A stretch of DNA of 64,000 nucleotides from an uncultured virus (IMG/VR IMGVR_UViG_3300003962_000117). Taxonomy: Duplodnaviria; Heunggongvirae; Uroviricota; Caudoviricetes. The notes below the pieces were generated by a model that ran no database searches, was not told the DNA's origin, and saw nothing but the letters and a program-made list of their open reading frames with translations. The DNA lies in the IMG/VR virus record IMGVR_UViG_3300003962_000117; one strand, 5' to 3'. This document shows, piece by piece, positions 50,287 to 57,147 of this stretch (position 1 is its first letter; every line of letters begins with the position of its first letter). The position numbers and the translations under genes are program-made.

Positions 50287-50436
50287 TTATGAATCCGGTG
50301 TTTCAAAACAATGTCCGCATTCAGTGCATTTTTTCCCGTATGGATTATCTGGGTCTATATCGAGAGCGTCTGGTGTATGTCCGCAATTAGGACAATCATA
50401 ACCTTGCTCGTCATAATATATAACTCCATTTTTCAT
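50287..50436 (-). CDS. 49-aa zinc-ribbon protein
   Basis: MKNG...CPNCG...CTECG; ATG just 3' of tRNA-Asp. Confidence 0.6.
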   Translation of the reverse strand: MKNGVIYYDEQGYDCPNCGHTPDALDIDPDNPYGKKCTECGHCFETPDS

Positions 50437-50438
50437 TG

Positions 50439-50514
50439 CGGATGTGAAGGGGCTCGAACCCTCGACCTCTCCCGTGACAGGGGAGCACTCTAACCAAAAC
50501 TGAGCTACACATCC
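50439..50514 (-). tRNA. tRNA-Asp(GTC)
   Basis: GGATGTG/CACATCC, CTCCC CTGTCAC GGGAG, G73. Confidence 0.92.
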
Positions 50515-50526
50515 ATATTTTTTTTC

Positions 50527-50603
50527 TGGCTCTCGCGGCAAGACTTGAACTTGCGACCCTCTGATTAACAGTCAGATGCTCTAACCAACTGAGCTACGCG
50601 AGA
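50527..50603 (-). tRNA. tRNA-Asn(GTT)
   Basis: TCTCGCG/CGCGAGA, TCTGA CTGTTAA TCAGA, encoded CCA. Confidence 0.93.
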
Positions 50604-50617
50604 ATTTATATTTCATG

Positions 50618-50691
50618 TACGCAAGGCTGGATTTGAACCAGCGACCCCAACATTATCAGTGTTGTACTCTAACCAACTGAGCTACTCGCGT
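50618..50691 (-). tRNA. tRNA-Ile(GAT)
   Basis: ACGCGAG/CTTGCGT, CAACA CTGATAA TGTTG. Confidence 0.92.
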
Positions 50692-50844
50692 ATAATATGC
50701 TGCCATCGAGACAAACAAGATTTGTTGCAACAAAATCCTGCCTGACATTCTTTATATAGCGGTGGCGGACGCTACTTAATCTCATGCGGTTTGCAACATA
50801 CGATTTGCGCCTACACGATTTCAGTTTCTCAAAGAACAACTTCG

Positions 50845-50946
50845 TAGCGGGTGTGAGAGTCGAACTCACTATCTCTGAGGGTATGAGCCTCGAATGATTC
50901 ATGCAATTCATTTCTGGCATTGCAATCTCCGTTTCACTCCCCCGCA
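50845..50946 (-). tRNA. tRNA-Met(CAT), initiator-like, with enlarged D-loop
   Basis: GAGG CTCATAC CCTC anticodon arm, GTGAG TTCGACT CTCAC T-arm, 1:72 mismatch, 36-nt D-loop. Confidence 0.65.
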
Positions 50947-50962
50947 ATATATTTTTCTTCCG

Positions 50963-51035
50963 TAGCGATAGGCAGACTCGAACTGCCGACCTTGAGTTTA
51001 TGAATCTCACGCTCTACCACCTGAGCTATATCGCT
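50963..51035 (-). tRNA. tRNA-Met(CAT) (elongator Met or Ile2)
   Basis: AGCGATA/TATCGCT, loop TTCATAA. Confidence 0.88.
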
Positions 51036-51047
51036 GTCATTTTTTAG

Positions 51048-51120
51048 AGCCAGTTGAGGGACTCGAACCCCCGACCAACTGATTACAAATCAGCCGTTCT
51101 ACCAACTGAACTAAACTGGC
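51048..51120 (-). tRNA. tRNA-Thr(TGT)
   Basis: GCCAGTT/AACTGGC, GCTGA TTTGTAA TCAGT. Confidence 0.93.
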
Positions 51121-51121
51121 A

Positions 51122-51193
51122 TGGTAGCGATAAGAGGACTTTCACCCCTTGTTAGGCTCGCGAGAACCTAACCCCCGTGATGAGAATATCGCT
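51122..51193 (-). ncRNA. tRNA-like RNA with ACCA end, no anticodon loop
   Basis: AGCGATA/TATCGCT-ACCA, T-like arm AGGGG TGAAAGT CCTCT, 8-bp hairpin with 4-nt loop. Confidence 0.6.
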
Positions 51194-51279
51194 GGACGAA
51201 TCCGTTTTAGCCGTAACCTATTGTACAATTCAGTTACGATTTATCATCTTCATCTTTCTGCATTATGGTTTAGCAGAAG

Positions 51280-51354
51280 TGGCAACAGTTGGACTCGAAC
51301 CAACAACGGGCAGATTTTCAGTCTGCTGCTCTACCAAATTGGAGCTATGTTGCC
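51280..51354 (-). tRNA. tRNA-Phe(GAA)
   Basis: GGCAACA/TGTTGCC, GCAGA CTGAAAA TCTGC. Confidence 0.93.
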
Positions 51355-51446
51355 ATTCAAGCAGGGCGATTCCGATAGAACGGAAAGATTACAGGGCGCT
51401 GATTCTTTTTTTTGCTCTTTCACCCAGACCTGCTTCGTGGAATTGT

Positions 51447-51592
51447 TGGCGCAGGCGGTAGTTTATCCCCGCGTCCTCCTCCTTCTCAGGCAGAGGTGAA
51501 CAACTTTGGTCTTAATGGGTCACGTTAACCCACTCCGATGGATAATGATTCAGCGCTGAATCATCGCTCCCCATTCTGTTCTACTGCACGCA
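51447..51592 (-). ncRNA. unassigned multibranch structured RNA
   Basis: closing stem GCGTGCAGTAG/CTACCGCCTGCGC, three inner hairpins. Confidence 0.45.
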
Positions 51593-51600
51593 TCTTAAAT

Positions 51601-51676
51601 ATCGCTGTCGGGCAGGGCTCGAACCTGCGACCTCCTCCCTCGCGGGAGTGCTCTACCAACTGAGCTACCGACCGAT
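51601..51676 (-). ncRNA. tRNA-like RNA with GCGA tetraloop replacing the anticodon loop
   Basis: canonical D arm TAGCTCAGTTGGTAGAGC and T arm GCAGG TTCGAGC CCTGC; CTCCC GCGA GGGAG. Confidence 0.75.
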
Positions 51677-51773
51677 GTCTCAGGAGACCCGACCAGCAGA
51701 ATTTCGTTTACGAGACGAAACCCCGCAGTTCGTTAGATTGTACCTAATCCCCATCCACACCTTCTTCAATATC

Positions 51774-51878
51774 TTCGGCAAGAGAACTGTTCCGCACCAT
51801 CGTAGTCCCGTTGGAACTGTACGTTGTTACGATGGGTGTCCATCTGGTGTGATACTCCCTTTCAGGAGTCCTGCCGAA
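51774..51878 (-). ncRNA. unassigned structured RNA
   Basis: TTCGGCAG/TTGCCGAA, ACTCCT GAAA GGGAGT, CACCCATCGTA/TACGATGGTG. Confidence 0.5.
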
Positions 51879-51923
51879 TAATTTCCAATAATAATTTTCA
51901 AAGAACATTTACTATCACTATCG

Positions 51924-51996
51924 CGCAAGTGACAGGGCTCGAACCTATGGCCTACGGTTTTGGAGACCGTTGCTCTACCAACTGAGCTACACTTGC
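51924..51996 (-). tRNA. tRNA-Trp(CCA)
   Basis: GCAAGTG/CACTTGC, ACGGT CTCCAAA ACCGT, G73. Confidence 0.93.
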
Positions 51997-52010
51997 GTTT
52001 GACCGGACTT

Positions 52011-52047
52011 AAAACAAAAAGCCCCGAACATTTCTGTCGGGGCTTTC
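52011..52047 (-). terminator. intrinsic terminator (attenuator) directly upstream of the tRNA array
   Basis: GAAAGCCCCGAC-AGAAATGT-TCGGGGCTTT followed by TTGTTTT. Confidence 0.8.
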
Positions 52048-52066
52048 CGCTTTAGGTCTTGTATCT

Positions 52067-52213
52067 TTATCCTTCATCAGAATACAAAACTTTGTAGAAA
52101 GCCCCGACCGCATCCTCGTCCCCCGCCTTATTAAAGCGAATGACTGACACGGCACAGGTTTTACCCGCTATCGTAGGCCACATTGTTGTTGTATTTTTTT
52201 GAAGTGAAAGCAT
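52067..52213 (-). CDS. 48-aa putative leader peptide overlapping antiterminator
   Basis: MLSLQKNTTTMWPTIAGKTCAVSVIRFNKAGDEDAVGAFYKVLYSDEG*; A-rich Bacteroidota-style leader before ATG. Confidence 0.65.
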   Translation of the reverse strand: MLSLQKNTTTMWPTIAGKTCAVSVIRFNKAGDEDAVGAFYKVLYSDEG

Positions 52214-52259
52214 TTTCTGTTTTTGTTGTTGACTACTTCGTGTTGTTGCTATTATGACG

Positions 52260-52267
52260 CAAAGTTA
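52260..52267 (-). promoter_or_regulatory. Bacteroidota -7 promoter of the tRNA operon
   Basis: TAACTTTG(C) on - strand, about 47 nt before leader ATG. Confidence 0.7.
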
Positions 52268-52409
52268 TACTAAAAGTTGCTTACATCGCGCAACTATTTT
52301 TCAATAACGGTGTAAGTTATTGATTTTCAATAAATAAAAAGGTAATTATATACTATTTTACACCGTATTGATATTTTGCTTATATTTGTAGTATCTAAAC
52401 CTACTAATC

Positions 52410-53364
52410 ATGGCAAAGAAAGCAATCAAACAAATCTGCTCCCTCTACGACTTACTAAAGAAATTTCCCACTGAAAAGGACTGCATCGAATACTTCGAGC
52501 AAATAATCTGGCAGGGGAAACCAATATCTCCATTCGATGAGACCTCGAAGGTCTATAAATGCTCTGGCAACAAATATAAATGCAAAAAGACTGGAAAATA
52601 CTTCAACATTAAGAACGGAACTATTTTCGAGAACAGCAACATTAAACTACAAAAGTGGCTTATGGCTATTTACCTGATGACTTCACACAAGAAAGGTATC
52701 AGTTCTATCCAGCTATCGAAAGACATAGGCGTTACTCAAAAGAGCGCATGGTTTATACTCCACAGACTTCGTTATGCAATGGCTCACAGAGACTTTAAGA
52801 AGCCACTGGGGAACACCGTTGAGTGCGATGAGGCATATATCGGTGGAAAGGAAAAGAACAAGCACGCAAGCAAGAAAAGAGGTCAAGGACAGGGTTCATT
52901 GGACAGAGAGGCATTGGATAAGGCAACCGTATTCGGAGCAGTTGAGCGGGGGTGGAAAGGTTGTAGTGGAGAAAATAGCCAATGCTAACAAGGAAAATAT
53001 AGAGCCGATTATATTCAAGAACGTAAAAGAAGGTTCAAGAATATTTACTGACGAATGGTATGGCTATCATGCGCTCGGAAAAACTTACGAGCATAAATCA
53101 ATTAAGCATAATGTAAAGCAGTATGTAGATGGTGAAGTCCATACGAATACCATCGAAAATTTCTGAGCGTGTTTAAAGCGCGGGCTATACGGCATATACC
53201 ATAAGACCGACAAAGCACATCTACAATGGTATCTGGATGAGTTCGCCTTTCGATATAATACCAGAGATATGGCGGAACTTCCAAGATGCGAAATGTTTTT
53301 AGAGAGAACTCAAGGAAGATTGAAATACGCAGATTTAATAAAATCCAATTCTAAGAAAAAATAA
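52410..53364 (+). pseudogene. IS1595 (ISXO2-like) DDE transposase, frameshift plus in-frame TGA
   Basis: KKGISS.QL, VECDEAYIGG, TDEW..Y, HTNTIENF*, YLDEF.FRYN; extra G at 52948-52952, TGA at 53164. Confidence 0.85.
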
Positions 53365-53398
53365 AACTATATGCTTATTAATACAAATTTTTATAGTT

Positions 53399-53617
53399 CT
53401 AATCTCCATAATAATCCGTTGTTGCAGGTAAAGATTTGCCTGCAACAAACATTGTTACAAGCCCTCCAATGGAAATAGCTACTCCAGACCAAAGAATAAT
53501 TCCATTTATTTTCTTGTCATTAACAGGTGTTTTAATGGAAAACCTTATAGTACCAAGACCTATAACGCTTGATACCGCTCCGCCAGCAAATACCAGTATG
53601 GCTTTTTCTTTTGTCAT
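53399..53617 (-). CDS. small two-TM passenger protein
   Basis: two hydrophobic helices; TACTTTTG promoter-like element upstream. Confidence 0.5.
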   Translation of the reverse strand: MTKEKAILVFAGGAVSSVIGLGTIRFSIKTPVNDKKINGIILWSGVAISIGGLVTMFVAGKSLPATTDYYGD

Positions 53618-53804
53618 AATGTTTTAGATTAATTTATTTGAAATAAGTATATAATTACAAAAGTAATAAATTAAAATAATTTAATACGATTCAACTTCTA
53701 CCATATTCCGACGGTAGTTATTGTCGCCTATACTATGATAGACCGACACTAACTACCAATAAGCATGATAATAGGCATTCGATAATTTTGCTTATTTTTG
53801 CTAA

Positions 53805-53933
53805 ATGCCTAAAAGACCATCAAAAAAAATAAACTCTAAGAGCATTAAAAAGCGTGGAGGAGTCATGTCAGAACAAGAGTTTAATGAAGTTATCCAAAGA
53901 ATTGTTCGAGTTAAACCAAAGCGCAGTAAATAA
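53805..53933 (+). CDS. 42-aa basic passenger peptide near right IS end
   Basis: MPKRPSKK...MSEQEFNEVIQRIVRVKPKRSK*. Confidence 0.45.
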   Translation: MPKRPSKKINSKSIKKRGGVMSEQEFNEVIQRIVRVKPKRSK

Positions 53934-54062
53934 TCCCGCATTACCCGCTATTGATTTTTTTTACTATTTTCACAGGTGTAAAATAGTATATAATTACCAA
54001 TAAAAGTGATAATAAAAATAGAAATTGTAGCGATAAATTAGTATATTACCGCCAAGATGGAA

Positions 54063-54572
54063 TTATTGAGTGTAACTTATAATCGGTCTTGCTCCGAGCA
54101 TATACTTTGTTTCTCCGGATGGAAAACTCTGACTTCCGTGCTCAAGACTGATGTCAAATAAAATCCCGCGACCCATCTTATTTTCGACTGGAGTTATGTT
54201 TTCTCCGTCATAGAAATTTGTTCCGCCACCTCTGGATAAGTCGTTGAGATAGAAGGCCAGCTTAAAAAATACTCCGGCATCAGCTCTATCCTTATGCTTT
54301 CCAAGTGGAGAATAGGCTCTGGTCATGGTCATGTCGCTTCCGATGCCCATAATCCTGAATGATTTATTCCGGAGCTCGTCTCGAAATGTCATTGCGGAAA
54401 TTTTATCACGGATGAATCCCCATAATTGGTTGCTCAGTAGCGGCATTGTGATTATTACCTGATGCTCGCCAACGGAATCAATTTCCTTTCTTAGATATTC
54501 GCATTGCTCTGGAGTGAGAATATTTCCCATCAAATAGATGCTTGTTCCAAAGCATTTTTTAACCCCCGACAT
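54063..54572 (-). CDS. 2OG-Fe(II) oxygenase (prolyl-hydroxylase-like)
   Basis: KHKD...FYLND...GGGTNF...G.GILFD...EHG...KY. Confidence 0.75.
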   Translation of the reverse strand: MSGVKKCFGTSIYLMGNILTPEQCEYLRKEIDSVGEHQVIITMPLLSNQLWGFIRDKISAMTFRDELRNKSFRIMGIGSDMTMTRAYSPLGKHKDRADAGVFFKLAFYLNDLSRGGGTNFYDGENITPVENKMGRGILFDISLEHGSQSFPSGETKYMLGARPIISYTQ

Positions 54573-54575
54573 TGT

Positions 54576-54992
54576 TTACTGTTTTAAATAAAACTCCAAC
54601 TCTTTATGAATAATGCTGCTTACGTTTTTCTTCCAAGATTCATCATTTACTCTTATAGAATTTCTTATATCCGTAGCGCTAATCATTGACACGGAGCCAT
54701 CAACCTTTATTTCATCTATCGAATATCCAACATTTCTTCCATATTTTATAGAGCAAATATTCGGAACGATAATTACTTCAACCAATTCATTGCCAGCATA
54801 TATCATCTCCCACAGCCTCTTAACTATGTCCGCCTTGAGGGGATTTTGCTCTGATGGCTCCATATTCCTTATTGCTATGCAAATCCTTTTTCCTGCATTT
54901 ATTGATTCATTAAAAATAGTCATGTGTCCGATATGGGGAGGTTGAAATCTCCCAACATACAAAACACACTCCCTGTAATCATTACTTTCCAT
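54576..54992 (-). CDS. HxGH nucleotidyltransferase (cytidylyltransferase-like)
   Basis: GRFQPPHIGH...YGRNVGY...ISATDIR. Confidence 0.85.
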   Translation of the reverse strand: MESNDYRECVLYVGRFQPPHIGHMTIFNESINAGKRICIAIRNMEPSEQNPLKADIVKRLWEMIYAGNELVEVIIVPNICSIKYGRNVGYSIDEIKVDGSVSMISATDIRNSIRVNDESWKKNVSSIIHKELEFYLKQ

Positions 54993-55003
54993 GCTTTGAT
55001 TTA

Positions 55004-55996
55004 TTATTTAAGCGACTTAATTACTTCTACTACTCGGCCAGACGCCATTCCGTCCCCATAGGGACAAAAATGCTTACTCGGAATATAATTTCTTACCACT
55101 TTATCAAATATCTCAGGAAGCTCATCTGGTTCCGCGCATAAAAATGAATGAATACCGAGAACTTCTGGTCGCTCGGTACAATCGCGACATACGATAGCTT
55201 TCTTATTAAAAAAGGCTGCCTCCTCCTGCAATCCGCCACTATCGGTAATCAAGAACTTACACTCGGAGACCGCTTTTATCATCTGGTCGTATGGCATTGG
55301 ATTTAATACACGCATATAACTAAGCAACTTTGCGTGCTTGACTACATTTGGATTTGGATGAATCGGGATAGTAAAAATCAAATCGGAATTATGCTGGGCT
55401 AATAAATTTATTACTCTGAACCATTCGTGCATATTTTCATGATTCTCTCTACGGTGCATTGTCACCATAACAACATCATTATATGACGGGGAGATGCCTC
55501 TCAAATTATCAAGTCCGGTATTTCCGGTCACTACAACCGATTTCCCAAATCCTTCCCTGTATAAATTTGAGGCATTTTCTGGAGTGGGGCATAAATGAAG
55601 GTCAGATAAAGTGTCAATTAAACGCCTATTCATCTCTTCCGGATATGGATTCTTTTGATAAGTCCTGAGCCCAGCCTCAAGATGAATGACTTTTATCTTT
55701 CGGTGAAATGCAGCAAGAGCTACTCCGAGAGCGCTTGAAGTATCTCCTTGAACAATTACATGAGTAGCCCCGTGAAATATCCAATCGTCATTCATGCAGG
55801 ATGATACAATGGCGTCCAGTCTGTTCTTGGCCGACTTTTCAATACTTATGCGCTTATGAAATTCACCTTCGGCAATATCCTCCTGCTGGCCAGTAAATAA
55901 AACCTCATGCTTAATTCCAGATTTTTCGAGCTCAGAAATTAATGGCTTAATTTTTATATACTCAGGTCTTGTTCCGTATGCAATCAGTAAACTCAT
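55004..55996 (-). CDS. wecB: UDP-N-acetylglucosamine 2-epimerase (non-hydrolysing)
   Basis: GTRPEYIK, VQGDT, HLEAGLR, PEEMNR, HRREN, TDSGGLQEEA, TERPE, YGDG. Confidence 0.95.
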   Translation of the reverse strand: MSLLIAYGTRPEYIKIKPLISELEKSGIKHEVLFTGQQEDIAEGEFHKRISIEKSAKNRLDAIVSSCMNDDWIFHGATHVIVQGDTSSALGVALAAFHRKIKVIHLEAGLRTYQKNPYPEEMNRRLIDTLSDLHLCPTPENASNLYREGFGKSVVVTGNTGLDNLRGISPSYNDVVMVTMHRRENHENMHEWFRVINLLAQHNSDLIFTIPIHPNPNVVKHAKLLSYMRVLNPMPYDQMIKAVSECKFLITDSGGLQEEAAFFNKKAIVCRDCTERPEVLGIHSFLCAEPDELPEIFDKVVRNYIPSKHFCPYGDGMASGRVVEVIKSLK

Positions 55997-56019
55997 TTTA
56001 AAGATATTTTTTATAGTTG

Positions 56020-57147
56020 TTATTCGCTCAAAAACAACATCCTGTCAGTTGTTGCATTTACAATATGAATGAAATTATTAAGAGTCTTTTGCTCGACAAC
56101 TTTAAATCCATTTCCAATCATTTCATCAATCATGTCGAGAACCCAATCCATTTGATATATCGGATTGTCTTTTTCATAATTTATAACAAAAACCCAATCA
56201 TCGAACCCCGTTTTAAAATCAGCATGAAGAACATCGTGCTTCTGGGGATGCTCGAATACAATCTTGCATTTCTTTTTCCTAAATTCTGATAACGGAATTA
56301 TTCCCCTAAATATCCCCCAAGCATTTATTCTATCGCTAAACACTCCATGATGAAAACAATAGCTAAATGGGAGTCTATCAATCTCAAACGGAAATGGATA
56401 ATAGGTGTTTTGTGGATACTTGTCTAATGACAAATCCTGCTTAATCTCAGCTCCGTGCCGAGCCCAAGTTTCGCCCCTGTGAATAAAGCATTTCTCTAAC
56501 GATGGCCTAATATTTGAATAATAGCAATCAAAATAATCAACCTCGTCTGGGTCGAGCAGGCTTTCTATCCGTCCGGATTTATACCATTTTTTATAATCTT
56601 TATATCTGCGCAATTCGATAACATCCGCAATCAAGAATGGATGATTGTATTCTTTTGGCCTAAGATGGCTATATACTTGCGGAAGAAGAGAAGGGAAGTA
56701 GGATTCGAGGTCACTATCATGATTTTTTATTTTATGACCCTTAGTTCTGAGAAAATCATGGAGGAGGCATGATGCGTGAAGCAAGTCAATGGATATTTTG
56801 GAATTGCATTTATCTGAAAAATACTTCGGATTATTAACATCGCTGAGGCTTTTATTTAAAAGCCCAAACTCGCCCCTCATTAAGATTCCGGCTACTATAC
56901 TTGTTGACATTCCGTGCATCAAGCCATGCTTCAAGTCGGATGTCCACCCATTAATATCCCTGTATTTAACTCCGGCAAGTAAGTCGTTTATGCTTCCGCG
57001 ATGATGGACGTTCCATAACAGGTTGCTTACCGAGACCGGAGTGTTGTTGTTTTTTGCGCACCTGCTACAAAGCGAATAAATAAGCAGCTCCAGATAATCG
57101 TTGATTACCTTTGATGTCTTTTGAAAAGATTCAAAATTACTTCTCAT
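56020..57147 (-). CDS. HD-domain-like protein
   Basis: HG..H ... LLHDF ... H ... IAD spacing. Confidence 0.5.
   Translation of the reverse strand: MRSNFESFQKTSKVINDYLELLIYSLCSRCAKNNNTPVSVSNLLWNVHHRGSINDLLAGVKYRDINGWTSDLKHGLMHGMSTSIVAGILMRGEFGLLNKSLSDVNNPKYFSDKCNSKISIDLLHASCLLHDFLRTKGHKIKNHDSDLESYFPSLLPQVYSHLRPKEYNHPFLIADVIELRRYKDYKKWYKSGRIESLLDPDEVDYFDCYYSNIRPSLEKCFIHRGETWARHGAEIKQDLSLDKYPQNTYYPFPFEIDRLPFSYCFHHGVFSDRINAWGIFRGIIPLSEFRKKKCKIVFEHPQKHDVLHADFKTGFDDWVFVINYEKDNPIYQMDWVLDMIDEMIGNGFKVVEQKTLNNFIHIVNATTDRMLFLSE

Larger units (their letters stand above)
52341..53998 (+). mobile_element. IS1595-family insertion sequence with passenger ORFs
   Basis: 24-bp perfect IR GGTAATTATATACTATTTTACACC (52341-52364 / 53975-53998); flanks AATAAAAA / AATAAAAG. 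Confidence 0.9.

Noticed and set aside
51122..51193. tmRNA or its acceptor piece
   Set aside because: No G3-U70 alanine identity pair, no adjacent tag ORF or pseudoknots
51601..51676. YrlA-type bacterial Y RNA
   Set aside because: Arms are in ordinary tRNA order rather than the permuted YrlA layout, and no Ro60 gene is in the window; not fully excluded
50669..51881. ORF-track proteins overlapping the tRNA array (50669-51010, 51149-51499, 51177-51461, 51648-51881)
   Set aside because: Shadow frames over tRNA/structured RNA genes
53164..53166. TGA at a conserved Trp in the transposase suggesting genetic-code reassignment
   Set aside because: Many genes end in TGA with ATGA overlaps, long genes are uninterrupted in code 11, and no suppressor tRNA is seen
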